64,000 nt of DNA from assembly GCA_024405635.1 (NCBI GenBank), contig JAKSOL010000003.1, positions 1 through 64,000 on the forward strand, written 5' to 3'. The notes beneath the pieces were generated by a model. It was given only the letters and a program-made list of their open reading frames with translations. It was not told the DNA's origin and searched no databases. The position numbers and the translations under genes are program-made. This stretch comes from Salinivirgaceae bacterium. GTDB lineage: Bacteria > Bacteroidota > Bacteroidia > Bacteroidales > SZUA-534. Positions 49,182 through 58,985 of the stretch are shown in pieces. How positions within the stretch are numbered: position 1 is the first letter of the stretch; each line of letters begins with the position of its first letter.

Positions 49182-50525
49182 TTATTGGTTTAGTATCCAT
49201 TCGTAAAGTTGGGCCCATTGTGTATTGGCAAAAGTGCTGTTGTGCCACAAGAAACTGAATTGCCCGTTCACTTTTTTTACTTCGGTTAGCAAGTTTGCAA
49301 TTTGTTGTTTTGCGTCGTTGGCCGACAGGTGTTGGTATTCGCTCAATGTGGTGTCCATTAGCACAAGTGGGTGAATGCTGATGTTGGTGAATCTATTGTT
49401 GGCAAAATCGAAAAAAGGAAAAGGATGGCAAGTGCCTGCGCGAAAACCTGCGTGGCTAGCGTAAGACATTGTGTAGTCGGTAGTTACACCAAAATTTTCG
49501 AGCCAATGATACTCGGGCGCATTGCGTAGCAAGTAGTGTTGCCTAATTGCGTTGGCCGGTTTTCCTGCAAGTTGCTCAAAGCATTGCTGTTCCTCGCCAA
49601 AAGTGCCAAACGAGCCTTTGCACGATGCATACGACGGATGTAGGTCAACTTTTGCTTGTTTACTCAACTCTTTCACGAATTTGGTCATGGCTTTGCTGCT
49701 TGGATTTACCGATTTGTCATATTTCCCGCGTTTGGCAAGCAATACAAAAAAATGGCTTTCAATACTGTGCTTGTTGTTCATTTCCAGTATTTTTCTGAAA
49801 GTGAAATGCGGATCAGACTTTAATCGGCAAAGTACCATTACACGTGTTATTGCATTGCTGAGTTTGAGTTGAACCAAATCGCGACACAAACCAACAGTGT
49901 TGCGCAAAATGCCTTTGTGTAGGTAGCACCATGGACTATCGACATCGGTTGAGGGCGATAGTTCAAATTTTTCGGTTTTAAATTGCAAAGTTGGGTCAAT
50001 GGTAAGCAGTTCAGCTTTTAGTTTTTCAATCCAAACATCAACAACAGGAATGTGTAACCAGTTGTTTTTTAGCGCAATCGATTGGCTGGCCATAAATCTG
50101 CCATGTTGGTCGAGTGGGGCGTTGTCGTTGTATTCTTCAACTCGTGCAAGCATAAAAAATACGGCGGCAAAAAGGTCGAACCCAAAGTTGCATTCGGTTG
50201 GAAAAATTACGGGCATTTGGTCAATGATGGTTGCATCGGTTTGTCTCATAAAATTTGGCACATTTCCCTGTATAACAGGCACTTGCTCGGTGCGCTGCGA
50301 TGTTGTAAAATCGATGTTGTTAAAAACCGAACGAACCTCGTTGTATGTGCGCGGCGCAATAGTTATGTTGGATTGTGCCCCAACTTTGTAGCTGATAACT
50401 GGCTGTGGAGTATCGGCAGTTTGTTCAAACACAATGTTGTAATCAATGCCCAATCGCTCTGAAAAAATGTAGTCGAGTACATAGTCGAGCCGTGGCGAGC
50501 GAATGTCGGTTACAATGGTTACCAT
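49182..50525 (-). CDS. Polysaccharide deacetylase-like protein
   Basis: DVD, LHPSY, RQHYL, GFRAGTC, LWHN. Confidence 0.78.
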   Translation of the reverse strand: MVTIVTDIRSPRLDYVLDYIFSERLGIDYNIVFEQTADTPQPVISYKVGAQSNITIAPRTYNEVRSVFNNIDFTTSQRTEQVPVIQGNVPNFMRQTDATIIDQMPVIFPTECNFGFDLFAAVFFMLARVEEYNDNAPLDQHGRFMASQSIALKNNWLHIPVVDVWIEKLKAELLTIDPTLQFKTEKFELSPSTDVDSPWCYLHKGILRNTVGLCRDLVQLKLSNAITRVMVLCRLKSDPHFTFRKILEMNNKHSIESHFFVLLAKRGKYDKSVNPSSKAMTKFVKELSKQAKVDLHPSYASCKGSFGTFGEEQQCFEQLAGKPANAIRQHYLLRNAPEYHWLENFGVTTDYTMSYASHAGFRAGTCHPFPFFDFANNRFTNISIHPLVLMDTTLSEYQHLSANDAKQQIANLLTEVKKVNGQFSFLWHNSTFANTQWAQLYEWILNQ

Positions 50526-51595
50526 AGTTGGTTGTAGGTTTTAATGAGTTGTTTTTCTTCGTTTTGCCAACATAACTCGTTGGCTGCCAGTTTGATATTG
50601 CTTGCGTAGGTGTTGCTTGCTTGCAACATTTGTTCTATTGCTTGAGCTAAAGCTTGTGGTGTTCGGTTGGTTAAAATAGTGCCTATTTGGTAGCTCTCAA
50701 CAATGGCGCGCATCTCTGGCAAATTTGACACTATTACTGGCACTCCCGCCTGAATGTAGTCAAACAACTTGTTGGGGAGCGCAAAGTGGTAGTTGAGTCC
50801 CAAATCTTCTTCAATTGACAAACCAACTGAAGCCATAGCTGTGTGTTCGCGGAGTTTTTCGGGTGGTAGTTTTCCTAAAAACACAACTTTTCCGCCATCG
50901 GTTTGGTTTTTGGCTTGAGTGCGCAATTGCTGTTCTACATCACCGCCTCCAGCAATCCACAACTCGCAGTTTGGTAACAGCCGCATAGTTTCAATCATAA
51001 GTTCAATACCTCGGCCTACGTTTAGTGCACCTTGGTACATAATCACGTTATTTTTGCGCTCGTAAGTTTGTGCGTTACGCTGCGTAGGAACGTTGCGAAT
51101 AACCGAAAACTGCTTGTTATACAGTTGGTTATAAATGTTGGCTATTGATTGACAAACTGTGTATGCAACATCAACTTTTGGCACAAAAATGCGCTCAATG
51201 GTTTGCCATATCCGTTTTGTTTTTGGGCGATTAACTAACTCTGGCAGTTCGGTAAATAGTTCGTGGCTATCGTAAACCAATTTGCGGCGGCGCAGTTTGG
51301 TTGCTAGTGTTACGCCAACCAATGTGTCGAGGTCGTTGGCCACTGCGGCATCAAATTTTTGGAACAAAATGAACCAAAAGATGCGCCAGTTTAGCAGTGC
51401 GTAAAATAACGGTCCACGTGTTGCTAAAAGACTGAATCTTACTGCTTTGTAACTAAAACTTACTGGCAAACTATTTTTCAACTTTCGGCCAACTAGCGTA
51501 ACGCTATATCCAGCATCGGTTAGCGACTGCGCCACACGTTGCACACGTTGGTCGGTTGCCAAATCGTTACTCACTGCCATTATTATTCGTCTCAT
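50519..51595 (-). CDS. GT4 family glycosyltransferase
   Basis: VYDSHE, YQGALNVGRG, PNKLFDYIQAGVPVI. Confidence 0.9.
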   Translation of the reverse strand: MRRIIMAVSNDLATDQRVQRVAQSLTDAGYSVTLVGRKLKNSLPVSFSYKAVRFSLLATRGPLFYALLNWRIFWFILFQKFDAAVANDLDTLVGVTLATKLRRRKLVYDSHELFTELPELVNRPKTKRIWQTIERIFVPKVDVAYTVCQSIANIYNQLYNKQFSVIRNVPTQRNAQTYERKNNVIMYQGALNVGRGIELMIETMRLLPNCELWIAGGGDVEQQLRTQAKNQTDGGKVVFLGKLPPEKLREHTAMASVGLSIEEDLGLNYHFALPNKLFDYIQAGVPVIVSNLPEMRAIVESYQIGTILTNRTPQALAQAIEQMLQASNTYASNIKLAANELCWQNEEKQLIKTYNQLW

Positions 51596-51691
51596 ACGAG
51601 CAAACTTATCACTTTTTTATGTTTCAAAACTGTTTATAAATCGCCTTTATTATTTGTGTTGCGCAATTTACTTTTGCACAAACACTTAACT

Positions 51692-52714
51692 ATGGTGCAG
51701 ATAATTGAAAATGCTCAACTTAAAGAGTATAATACTTTTGGCATAAGCGCTTGTGCGTCAAAGCTTTGCATCTATACCGATGCGGCCGATATTGCTCAAC
51801 TTATTGCCGATAAAATAATAACCGACCAAACCAAAATTCTTGTGCTTGGTGGTGGGGCTAACATGTTGTTTGTCAATAATTTCGATGGATTGGTTATTCA
51901 CCCGCAAAATAGTTTTATAAAAATTATTGACCAAGATGCCGACTACTGTTACGTAGAGGCTGGCGCAGGAACAAATTGGGACGAATTTGTTGAATGGGCT
52001 GTTGAACAAAAACTCGGCGGAATTGAAAACCTATCGCTTATTCCGGGAACTGTTGGCGCTTCGCCTGTGCAAAATATTGGAGCATACGGAGTTGAGGCAA
52101 AAGACTCAATTTATAGTGTTAATGTGGTAAATCTGCGCAACGGTTTGCAACGCACGTTAACCAACAACGAGTGCAAATTTGGCTACCGAAACAGCATCTT
52201 TAAAAACGAACTGAAAGACCAATATCTTGTTCATTCGGTGGTTTACAAACTGAGCCGTCAGCCACAATTTACAACTCATTACGGCAGCATTCAGGCTGAA
52301 ATTGAAAAACTTGGAACACCAACGCTCAAAACTGTGCGTCAGGCAATTATAAATATTCGCTCGGCCAAGTTGCCCGACCCAAAAGTGACTGGCAATGCTG
52401 GTAGTTTTTTCAAAAATCCAACCATCAGCGCTTCAGAATTTGAGGTTGTGCGCTCCCATTTTCCCGATGTGGTTTCGTACGATGCTCCAAACGGAATGGT
52501 GAAACTTGCAGCAGGTTGGCTTATTGATAAGTGCGGACTAAAAGGCTATGTAAACAGCAACGGCACAGCGGGCGTTCACAGCAAGCAAGCGCTTGTGTTG
52601 GTTAATCTTGGCGGCGCCACAGGTTCCGACATTCTAAACCTTTCGAACTTTGTGCGCATAAGCGTGTTTAGCAAATTTGGCATTAACATTGAGCCTGAAG
52701 TAATAATCTTATAA
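51692..52714 (+). CDS. murB: UDP-N-acetylmuramate dehydrogenase
   Basis: YNTFG, IPGTVGASPVQNIGAYG, GNAGSFFKNP, QALVLVN; TACTTTTG promoter at 51669. Confidence 0.96.
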   Translation: MVQIIENAQLKEYNTFGISACASKLCIYTDAADIAQLIADKIITDQTKILVLGGGANMLFVNNFDGLVIHPQNSFIKIIDQDADYCYVEAGAGTNWDEFVEWAVEQKLGGIENLSLIPGTVGASPVQNIGAYGVEAKDSIYSVNVVNLRNGLQRTLTNNECKFGYRNSIFKNELKDQYLVHSVVYKLSRQPQFTTHYGSIQAEIEKLGTPTLKTVRQAIINIRSAKLPDPKVTGNAGSFFKNPTISASEFEVVRSHFPDVVSYDAPNGMVKLAAGWLIDKCGLKGYVNSNGTAGVHSKQALVLVNLGGATGSDILNLSNFVRISVFSKFGINIEPEVIIL

Positions 52715-52724
52715 TCAGTACAAT

Positions 52725-53339
52725 ATGTCGTTTATTGATGTTATTGACTATATTGGAACATTTGCCTTTGCAATAAGCGGAATACGTTTAGCCGCAGGCA
52801 AGCACTTCGATTGGTTTGGTGCGTTTGTGGTTGGTTTGGTTACTGCTGTTGGCGGCGGCACCATTCGCGACCTCCTTTTGGGCAACACACCGTTTTGGAT
52901 GCAGCAATCGTCATATCTGCTAGTTACTTTTTTCGCATTGTTTTTTGTCATACTATTTGGCCGTCAGCTAATTAAACTTAACCACACCATTTTTTTGTTC
53001 GATGCCATTGGTTTGGGGTTGTTTACCGTTGTGGGAATTGAAAAAAGTATCGACGCCGGTTTCCCAATTTGGGTTTGCATAATCATGGGAACTCTAACAG
53101 GTGCAGCAGGCGGCGTTTTGCGCGATACTTTGATTAACGAAGTGCCGCTTATTTTCCGAAAAGATATTTATGCCATTGCCTGCATCTTGGGCGGATTGAT
53201 ATTTTTTGCGTGCCGTTATTTTGAGTTTGGCCACGAACTTTCCGAAATTATTACTGCCACTTCGGTTATTGTTATCAGAATTGTGGCTGTTGTTTGCCAC
53301 ATAAGTTTGCCAACACTAAAGAGCGAAGACGATAAATAA
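52725..53339 (+). CDS. Trimeric intracellular cation channel family (YadS/UPF0126)
   Basis: Duplicated GGGTIRD / GGVLRD motifs. Confidence 0.9.
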   Translation: MSFIDVIDYIGTFAFAISGIRLAAGKHFDWFGAFVVGLVTAVGGGTIRDLLLGNTPFWMQQSSYLLVTFFALFFVILFGRQLIKLNHTIFLFDAIGLGLFTVVGIEKSIDAGFPIWVCIIMGTLTGAAGGVLRDTLINEVPLIFRKDIYAIACILGGLIFFACRYFEFGHELSEIITATSVIVIRIVAVVCHISLPTLKSEDDK

Positions 53340-53404
53340 ATTACACATCGGGCAAAAAAAATGATAATTTGGGGCAGAAATAATACCCCAAAAATCAATA
53401 AACA

Positions 53405-54724
53405 ATGCAAGATATTAAGTCGGAATACCTTCATCCTGAATTTGAAACGCTGGATAGGGAACAGATTGAGGCTTTGCAAGTAAAACGGTTGCAAGATACC
53501 GTGCGCCACTGCATGAACTCGGAGTTTTACAAAACAAAGTTTAACGAGTTGGGCATCAGTCCCGAAGACATTAAATCGACAGCCGACATACGCAAACTGC
53601 CGTTTACCACAAAACAAGATTTGCGCGATACTTATCCGTTTGGCATGGCAAGTGTGCCACTTGAAAAATGTGTGCGCCTTCACTCATCAAGCGGAACCAC
53701 AGGCAACCCAACTGTTATTTTGCATACCCAAAAAGACATTGACGAATGGGCAAACGCAGTGGCTCGTTGCCTTTGGATGGTTGGCTTGCGCCCAAGCGAT
53801 GTGTTTCAAAACTCATCGGGATACGGAATGTTTACTGGTGGATTAGGTTTTCAGTATGGAGCCGAACGTTTGGGAATGCTAACAGTGCCGGCAGCTGCAG
53901 GTAATACTCTTCGCCAAATAAAATTCATAAAAGATTTTGGAACAACTGCCATTCATGCTGTGCCATCGTACGTAACTCGTATTAAGGAAGTTATGGACCA
54001 ACAAGGAGTTGACCCACGCAAAGACACAAAACTTAAAGTGCTTGCTATTGGTGCTGAACCTCACTCTGAAGAGCAACGCAAACGCATCGAAGAAATGCTT
54101 GGCGTTAAAGCCTACAACAGCTTTGGCATGAGCGAAATGTGTGGCCCTGGTGTGGCGTTTGAATGCAAAGAGCAAAACGGACTTCACTTTTGGGAAGACT
54201 ACTACATTGTTGAAATTGTTGACCCAGAAACACTTGAGCCTGTGCCCGATGGCGAAATAGGCGAACTTGTGCTTACTACAATCAACCGCGAGGCTATGCC
54301 GCTTATACGTTACAGAACTCGCGACCTTACACGTGTGCTTGGTCGAACTTGCCCATGCGGTCGTAATCACATTAGACTCGACCGTATGAAAGGTCGCTCC
54401 GACGATATGATGGTGCTTAGAGGCGTTAACATTTTCCCAATACAAATTGAGAAAATACTCATGCAATTTAAAGAACTGTTAACCAACTATCTTATTACAC
54501 TTACCACCGATAACGACAACGACAACATGACAGTGGAAGTTGAGGTTGACGACTTGTATGCAAACGACAATTTGCACTTGCAACAACTAACAAAAGAAAT
54601 AATCCGCCAGCTAAAAGATGAAATATTGCTTACGCCTATCGTGAAACTTGTAGCTCGCGGTACCTTGCCACAAACCGATGGCAAAGCAGTGCGCGTAAAC
54701 GACTTGCGAAAAGTGTATAGTTAA
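53405..54724 (+). CDS. paaK: Phenylacetate-CoA ligase family protein
   Basis: HSSSGTTG, GMFTGGLG, FGMSE, RYRTRD, GRSDDM, GKAVRV. Confidence 0.88.
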   Translation: MQDIKSEYLHPEFETLDREQIEALQVKRLQDTVRHCMNSEFYKTKFNELGISPEDIKSTADIRKLPFTTKQDLRDTYPFGMASVPLEKCVRLHSSSGTTGNPTVILHTQKDIDEWANAVARCLWMVGLRPSDVFQNSSGYGMFTGGLGFQYGAERLGMLTVPAAAGNTLRQIKFIKDFGTTAIHAVPSYVTRIKEVMDQQGVDPRKDTKLKVLAIGAEPHSEEQRKRIEEMLGVKAYNSFGMSEMCGPGVAFECKEQNGLHFWEDYYIVEIVDPETLEPVPDGEIGELVLTTINREAMPLIRYRTRDLTRVLGRTCPCGRNHIRLDRMKGRSDDMMVLRGVNIFPIQIEKILMQFKELLTNYLITLTTDNDNDNMTVEVEVDDLYANDNLHLQQLTKEIIRQLKDEILLTPIVKLVARGTLPQTDGKAVRVNDLRKVYS

Positions 54725-54736
54725 AAACGCGAGTGC
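54472..54736 (+). repeat. 265-bp direct repeat, left copy (paaK 3' end)
   Basis: Matches 58986-59250 with three mismatches by my comparison. Confidence 0.95.
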
Positions 54737-54779
54737 GCGGTTTAGGCTAAACTTGCCAACAATTGTGGCGAGCGAGCGC

Positions 54780-54914
54780 AGCAACATGGAACTCAGTTAC
54801 AATATGCGAATCCGACGACCCGGAATCGAGGAACTAAACCCGTTCATTGACCGCAGCGACCCGTTTTCGCTCTCGTACGGAAACTCTCATCTCGACGTAG
54901 AAAAAACCAACAAC
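54780..54914 (+). pseudogene. Fragment of a TonB-dependent / outer-membrane beta-barrel receptor
   Basis: LSYNMRIRRPGIEELNPFIDRSDPFSLSYGNSHL resembles the RP..LNP..GNP.L segment of these receptors; no start or end. Confidence 0.6.
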
Positions 54915-55299
54915 CGCAACCAAAAGTCAAAAAAAGTGAGTTTTGGTTGCGGTTCTACTATTATCATAAATGTTCAGTAATCCATTGCCGTACTTTTGCG
55001 TAGCAACCCTCCACCACGTAATGATTCAAAACTTCCAGTTCTCCTAACGTGAAATTGATATTTTGGTCAAGTTCCTTTTTTAAAATGCCTAACACCGAGG
55101 TCATCTTTCCATTATTGGAGGTCTTTACGCATTCTCTCAGGTTCTCTTTCGCATTTATAAGATAACGGAGGCTCAATGAAATCATTCAGCGACAAGTTAT
55201 TTGTTGTTTTCAATAAATTCGGAAAGTTCACAAAGACAAAGGTTCATAGTGTGGGCAAAAACATCAAATTCCCTTTCACACGATTTTTTAGGCTTTTTC

Positions 55300-56379
55300 T
55301 CATCCTCCCCTATAAGCCGACGGCGACTGCCCCTTGCATTTCCGGAAAAACTTCGCGAAAACCATCTGCGACGAGAATCCCAACACATTTGCAATCTCCT
55401 GAATCGACATCGTGGTGGTGTTCAACAAAACCTCCGACTCCCTCAGAATCTGAGAATCAATCACTTGCTTGGGCGTACGACCGCTTATCGACTTGGTAAT
55501 CTGCGACAAGTAGCGCGTGGTGATGGCAAGGGCGTCAGCATAAAACTGAACATCGTGACTCTTGGTGTAATTATCGGCCACCTGCGAGAGGAACTTATTA
55601 TACAAATCATTGGGCCTGAGATTGTTCCTCCTGTCAAACGACTCAGCATAAACCACCTGACGATGCAGATAATCGTGGGCATTGCCTACCGCCAACTCCA
55701 CATCGTCGCCCATAGCCAGACGTGTTGCAATGGCCGACGACAACGCGCCTCCCACGCCGTGACGCTGCCAGCCCGACACATTCACCGACGAGAAAAACCT
55801 CTGGGAACCATCGCCATAGAGCAACGCGTGAATCCTGCCCTCCGAGAACTTGCCGCCACGGAGCAACACCGACTCAGCACCCATATCCACAAACCGCCTC
55901 GACGCCATTACCATATCCTCGTCGGTGCTGATACTGCGCCCAAGAATAATCTCGGCGTCGGTGCACTTCAGCATAAGAATCGTCGTAATAGGCAAAATAT
56001 TGTTGCACAGGGATTTAATGGAGTCATTTGACATAAGACATCCACCCCTGGACGACAAAACTCCAGGCGAGCACACAATCCTTCCGCATCCCACAATCTC
56101 GTTCCTAAGCAAGCGGATAGCCTTGGGCGAATCTATCATACCGATTTTCACCGCCTTGGGCCTTGAATCCTGATACACGGCCCTTACCTGACCAACCACG
56201 ATATCGTCGGGCAAGGTGTGGACACACTGAATGCCGTCCTCGTTCTGCACGGCGATAGACGTTACAGCCGTTACCGCGTGACCGCCAAGATCCCTAACGG
56301 TCTTTATATCAGCCTGAATGCCAGAATGTCCCGTGCTGTCGGAACCATTAACGCATAATATCGAAACAGGATTATTCAT
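55300..56379 (-). CDS. ThiD/PdxK-like kinase domain fused to a C-terminal AraC HTH (putative pdxST regulator)
   Basis: GSDSTGHSGIQADIKT, AVKIGM; C-terminal VQFYADALAIT..IQEIANVLGFS..FAKFFRK..SPSAYR. Confidence 0.85.
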   Translation of the reverse strand: MNNPVSILCVNGSDSTGHSGIQADIKTVRDLGGHAVTAVTSIAVQNEDGIQCVHTLPDDIVVGQVRAVYQDSRPKAVKIGMIDSPKAIRLLRNEIVGCGRIVCSPGVLSSRGGCLMSNDSIKSLCNNILPITTILMLKCTDAEIILGRSISTDEDMVMASRRFVDMGAESVLLRGGKFSEGRIHALLYGDGSQRFFSSVNVSGWQRHGVGGALSSAIATRLAMGDDVELAVGNAHDYLHRQVVYAESFDRRNNLRPNDLYNKFLSQVADNYTKSHDVQFYADALAITTRYLSQITKSISGRTPKQVIDSQILRESEVLLNTTTMSIQEIANVLGFSSQMVFAKFFRKCKGQSPSAYRGG

Positions 56380-56432
56380 AGTGTCACAAAGATAGAAACA
56401 AAGTCAAAGCCTCCCAAATCCGAATTCCGAAA

Positions 56433-56460
56433 ACGACAAATTTGTCTGTTTGTACGACAA
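56433..56460 (+). promoter_or_regulatory. Candidate AraC-type operator: ACGACAA direct repeats 21 bp apart
   Basis: Copies at 56433 and 56454 in the divergent promoter region. Confidence 0.45.
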
Positions 56461-56528
56461 GTATTCCCATTTAGGAGAGAAATCGTCAGCCCCCAAAAAA
56501 TAAAACTGACCTTTGCACCGAAAAAAAT

Positions 56529-56610
56529 GGAACACAGATAACACGGATCAAGCGGATTTGCGCTGATATTATGACCGTGACAATCCGCCTAATCTGCGTA
56601 ATCCGCGTTC
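56529..56610. repeat. REP-like imperfect inverted repeat in the pdxS leader
   Basis: ACACAGATAACACGGATCAAGCGGATT ... AATCCGCCTAATCTGCGTAATCCGCGTT; both arms are built from ~9-nt subunits. Confidence 0.6.
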
Positions 56611-56638
56611 TATCAAACCACATAAACACGAAAAAGAA

Positions 56639-57514
56639 ATGGCAGAAAACAGAGCAGAACTTAACCGCAACCTTGCACAGATGCTCAAGGGCGGTGTGAT
56701 AATGGACGTAACAACACCCGAGCAGGCACGCATAGCCGAGGAGGCCGGAGCCTGCGCCGTAATGGCATTGGAGCGCATCCCGGCCGACATCCGCGCAGTA
56801 GGCGGAGTATCGAGAATGAGCGACCCAAAGATGATAAAAGGCATTCAGGAGGCCGTCACAATCCCCGTAATGGCAAAGTGCAGAATAGGCCATTTCGCAG
56901 AGGCTCAGATACTTGAGGCTATCGAGATCGACTACATCGATGAGAGCGAGGTACTATCGCCCGCCGACGACATCTACCACATCAACAAGCGCGATTTCAA
57001 GGTTCCATTCGTATGCGGCGCCAAGGACCTCGGCGAGGCACTCCGACGCATCAACGAGGGCGCCACAATGATACGCACCAAGGGCGAGCCCGGCACCGGC
57101 GACATCATTCAGGCCGTACGCCATATGAGGATGATGCAGAGCGAGATACGCCGACTCACATCAATGAGCGAGGACGAACTCTACGAGGCCGCCAAGCAAC
57201 TCCGCGTGCCATACGAGTTGGTGCAGTACGTTCACCAGAACGGCAAACTCCCCGTAGTGAACTTCGCAGCCGGCGGAGTGGCCACCCCAGCCGACGCCTC
57301 GCTTATGATGCAACTCGGTGCTGACGGCGTATTCGTAGGCTCGGGAATCTTCAAGAGCGGCGACCCCGTAAAACGTGCCCAGGCCATCGTGAAAGCCGTC
57401 ACCAACTACAACAATCCCAAGATAATCGCAGAACTCAGCGAAGACCTCGGCGAGGCAATGGTAGGCATCAACGAGAGCGAAATCCAATTGCTAATGGCAG
57501 AGAGAGGAAAGTAA
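56639..57514 (+). CDS. pdxS: Pyridoxal 5'-phosphate synthase lyase subunit
   Basis: [41 protein letters not shown]. Confidence 0.98.
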   Translation: MAENRAELNRNLAQMLKGGVIMDVTTPEQARIAEEAGACAVMALERIPADIRAVGGVSRMSDPKMIKGIQEAVTIPVMAKCRIGHFAEAQILEAIEIDYIDESEVLSPADDIYHINKRDFKVPFVCGAKDLGEALRRINEGATMIRTKGEPGTGDIIQAVRHMRMMQSEIRRLTSMSEDELYEAAKQLRVPYELVQYVHQNGKLPVVNFAAGGVATPADASLMMQLGADGVFVGSGIFKSGDPVKRAQAIVKAVTNYNNPKIIAELSEDLGEAMVGINESEIQLLMAERGK

Positions 57515-58083
57515 TGAGCATCGCAATTCTTGCCCTTCAAGGAGCATTCGAGGAGCACGCCCAGATGCTCCAAAAAATCAGCGTGGATAGCGTGTTTATC
57601 CGCAATCTTGCTGATTGGCAGGCATATATATCGGCAACCGACGGCAACAGAGCCCTCATAATCCCCGGCGGAGAGAGCACCGCGATGATGCGTATCATCA
57701 GGGACGAGAACCTCTTTGAGCCAATCCGTGAGGCCATCATCAGCGGACTTCCCGTGTTCGGTACCTGTGCGGGAATGATAATGCTCGACGACCTCCACCT
57801 CAACGTGATGGACATCCACGCCAAACGCAACGCCTACGGCCGTCAGTTGGGAAGTTTCAGCACCGACCACGAGGTGGAAGGCATCGGCAGAATCCCTATG
57901 ACCTTCATCCGCGCGCCATACATCGAGAGCATCGGCCCTGATGCCAAAGTACTCTCCGTCTTAGACGGAAACATAATCTGCGCCCAGCAAGGCAAAATGC
58001 TCGTCTGCTCCTTCCACCCCGAACTCACCCAAGACGAAAGAATGCACAGGTATTTTGTCGAGATGGTAAAAAAATCTGAGTAA
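57514..58083 (+). CDS. pdxT: Pyridoxal 5'-phosphate synthase glutaminase subunit
   Basis: LALQGAF, PGGEST, GTCAG, FIRAP, FHPE. Confidence 0.97.
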   Translation: MSIAILALQGAFEEHAQMLQKISVDSVFIRNLADWQAYISATDGNRALIIPGGESTAMMRIIRDENLFEPIREAIISGLPVFGTCAGMIMLDDLHLNVMDIHAKRNAYGRQLGSFSTDHEVEGIGRIPMTFIRAPYIESIGPDAKVLSVLDGNIICAQQGKMLVCSFHPELTQDERMHRYFVEMVKKSE

Positions 58084-58136
58084 AAATTCTACTTTTAGTG
58101 AATTTGTAATATATATATGCCACAAATTAACCGGCA

Positions 58137-58456
58137 ATGAAAATATACTTCGAAAAGGATTATTTGAGCGAACTATATCAAAATGGTAAATGTAACGACA
58201 AAAACATCGTTACCAACCTCAGATAATCAACAAATATAAACGTGTTATAGATTTAATGATATCACAGCCCAACGTATTGTCGTTAACCCAATATGGCTCA
58301 CTGCATTACGAAAAACTCAGTGGCGACAAAAACGGTCTTTCTTCTGTAAGAGTCAACGACCAATACAGAATTGAATTCACGGAAAAAACCGAAGAAGGGC
58401 AAGACATCGCAACTATCTGCAACATCGAAGAATTGTCGAATCACTACAAAAAATAG
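58137..58456 (+). pseudogene. higB: HigB/RelE-type toxin with a one-base frameshift
   Basis: ATG 58137 gives MKIYFEKDYLSELYQNGKCNDK; the shift falls in an A5 run (58200-58204); the next frame gives HRYQPQII..YEKLSGD..SSVRVNDQYRIEF. Confidence 0.8.
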
Positions 58457-58461
58457 AAACT

Positions 58462-58785
58462 ATGGCACATATATTAGCAAACAATATTACACCTTTCGCT
58501 CCCACACACCCAGGTGAGATCTTGAAAGACGAAATAGAATTCCGCGGAATCTCTCAGAAAGACCTCGTAGAGAATATGAACGTTTCATATTCATTTCTCA
58601 ACGAGGTTCTTAACGGGAAACGTCCACTCAACACCGAACTCGCTATGATGATAGAGGTTGCATTAGGCATATCGGCAGAGCCTCTCCTGAATATGCAGAT
58701 GCGCTACAATATGCAAGTTGCAAAGAAAGACACAAGTTTTACGGAAAAACTTAGCAAGATTAGGAAAATGGTAGCGGTTTGGTAG
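58462..58785 (+). CDS. higA: HigA family antitoxin (XRE HTH)
   Basis: PTHPGEILKDE, LNEVLNGKR, LNMQMRYN. Confidence 0.92.
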   Translation: MAHILANNITPFAPTHPGEILKDEIEFRGISQKDLVENMNVSYSFLNEVLNGKRPLNTELAMMIEVALGISAEPLLNMQMRYNMQVAKKDTSFTEKLSKIRKMVAVW

Positions 58786-58867
58786 AGATGACCAAATCCC
58801 CAGATAAATCGGCAAAAAACTGCCATTGTGGATTGTGGGAATTGGGTATTGAGAAAATCCTTCATAC

Positions 58868-58973
58868 CTATCGGAATGTCACATTTTTTGCCACATTCCG
58901 ATAGGTTCTACCAAAATCGCTTATTGCAGTAACCGATTTTTATAGGATTTCGGTTAGTGGAGTAAGCGATTTT
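58868..58973. repeat. Two adjacent inverted repeats at the right end of the island
   Basis: CCTATCGGAATGT/ACATTCCGATAGG, then AAAATCGCTTA..TAACCGA / TCGGTTA..TAAGCGATTTT. Confidence 0.7.
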
Positions 58974-58985
58974 TTCATAAAAAAG

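Larger units (their letters stand above)
54737..58985. mobile_element. 4.25-kb vitamin B6 accessory island between direct repeats
   Basis: Flanked by a duplicated paaK end; C-ending codon bias unlike the flanks; contains a TA module; no integrase. Confidence 0.7.

Noticed and set aside
55201-56031. 276-aa plus-strand ORF
   Set aside because: It lies antisense to the ThiD-AraC gene, is expected in GC-richer DNA, and has no recognisable motifs.
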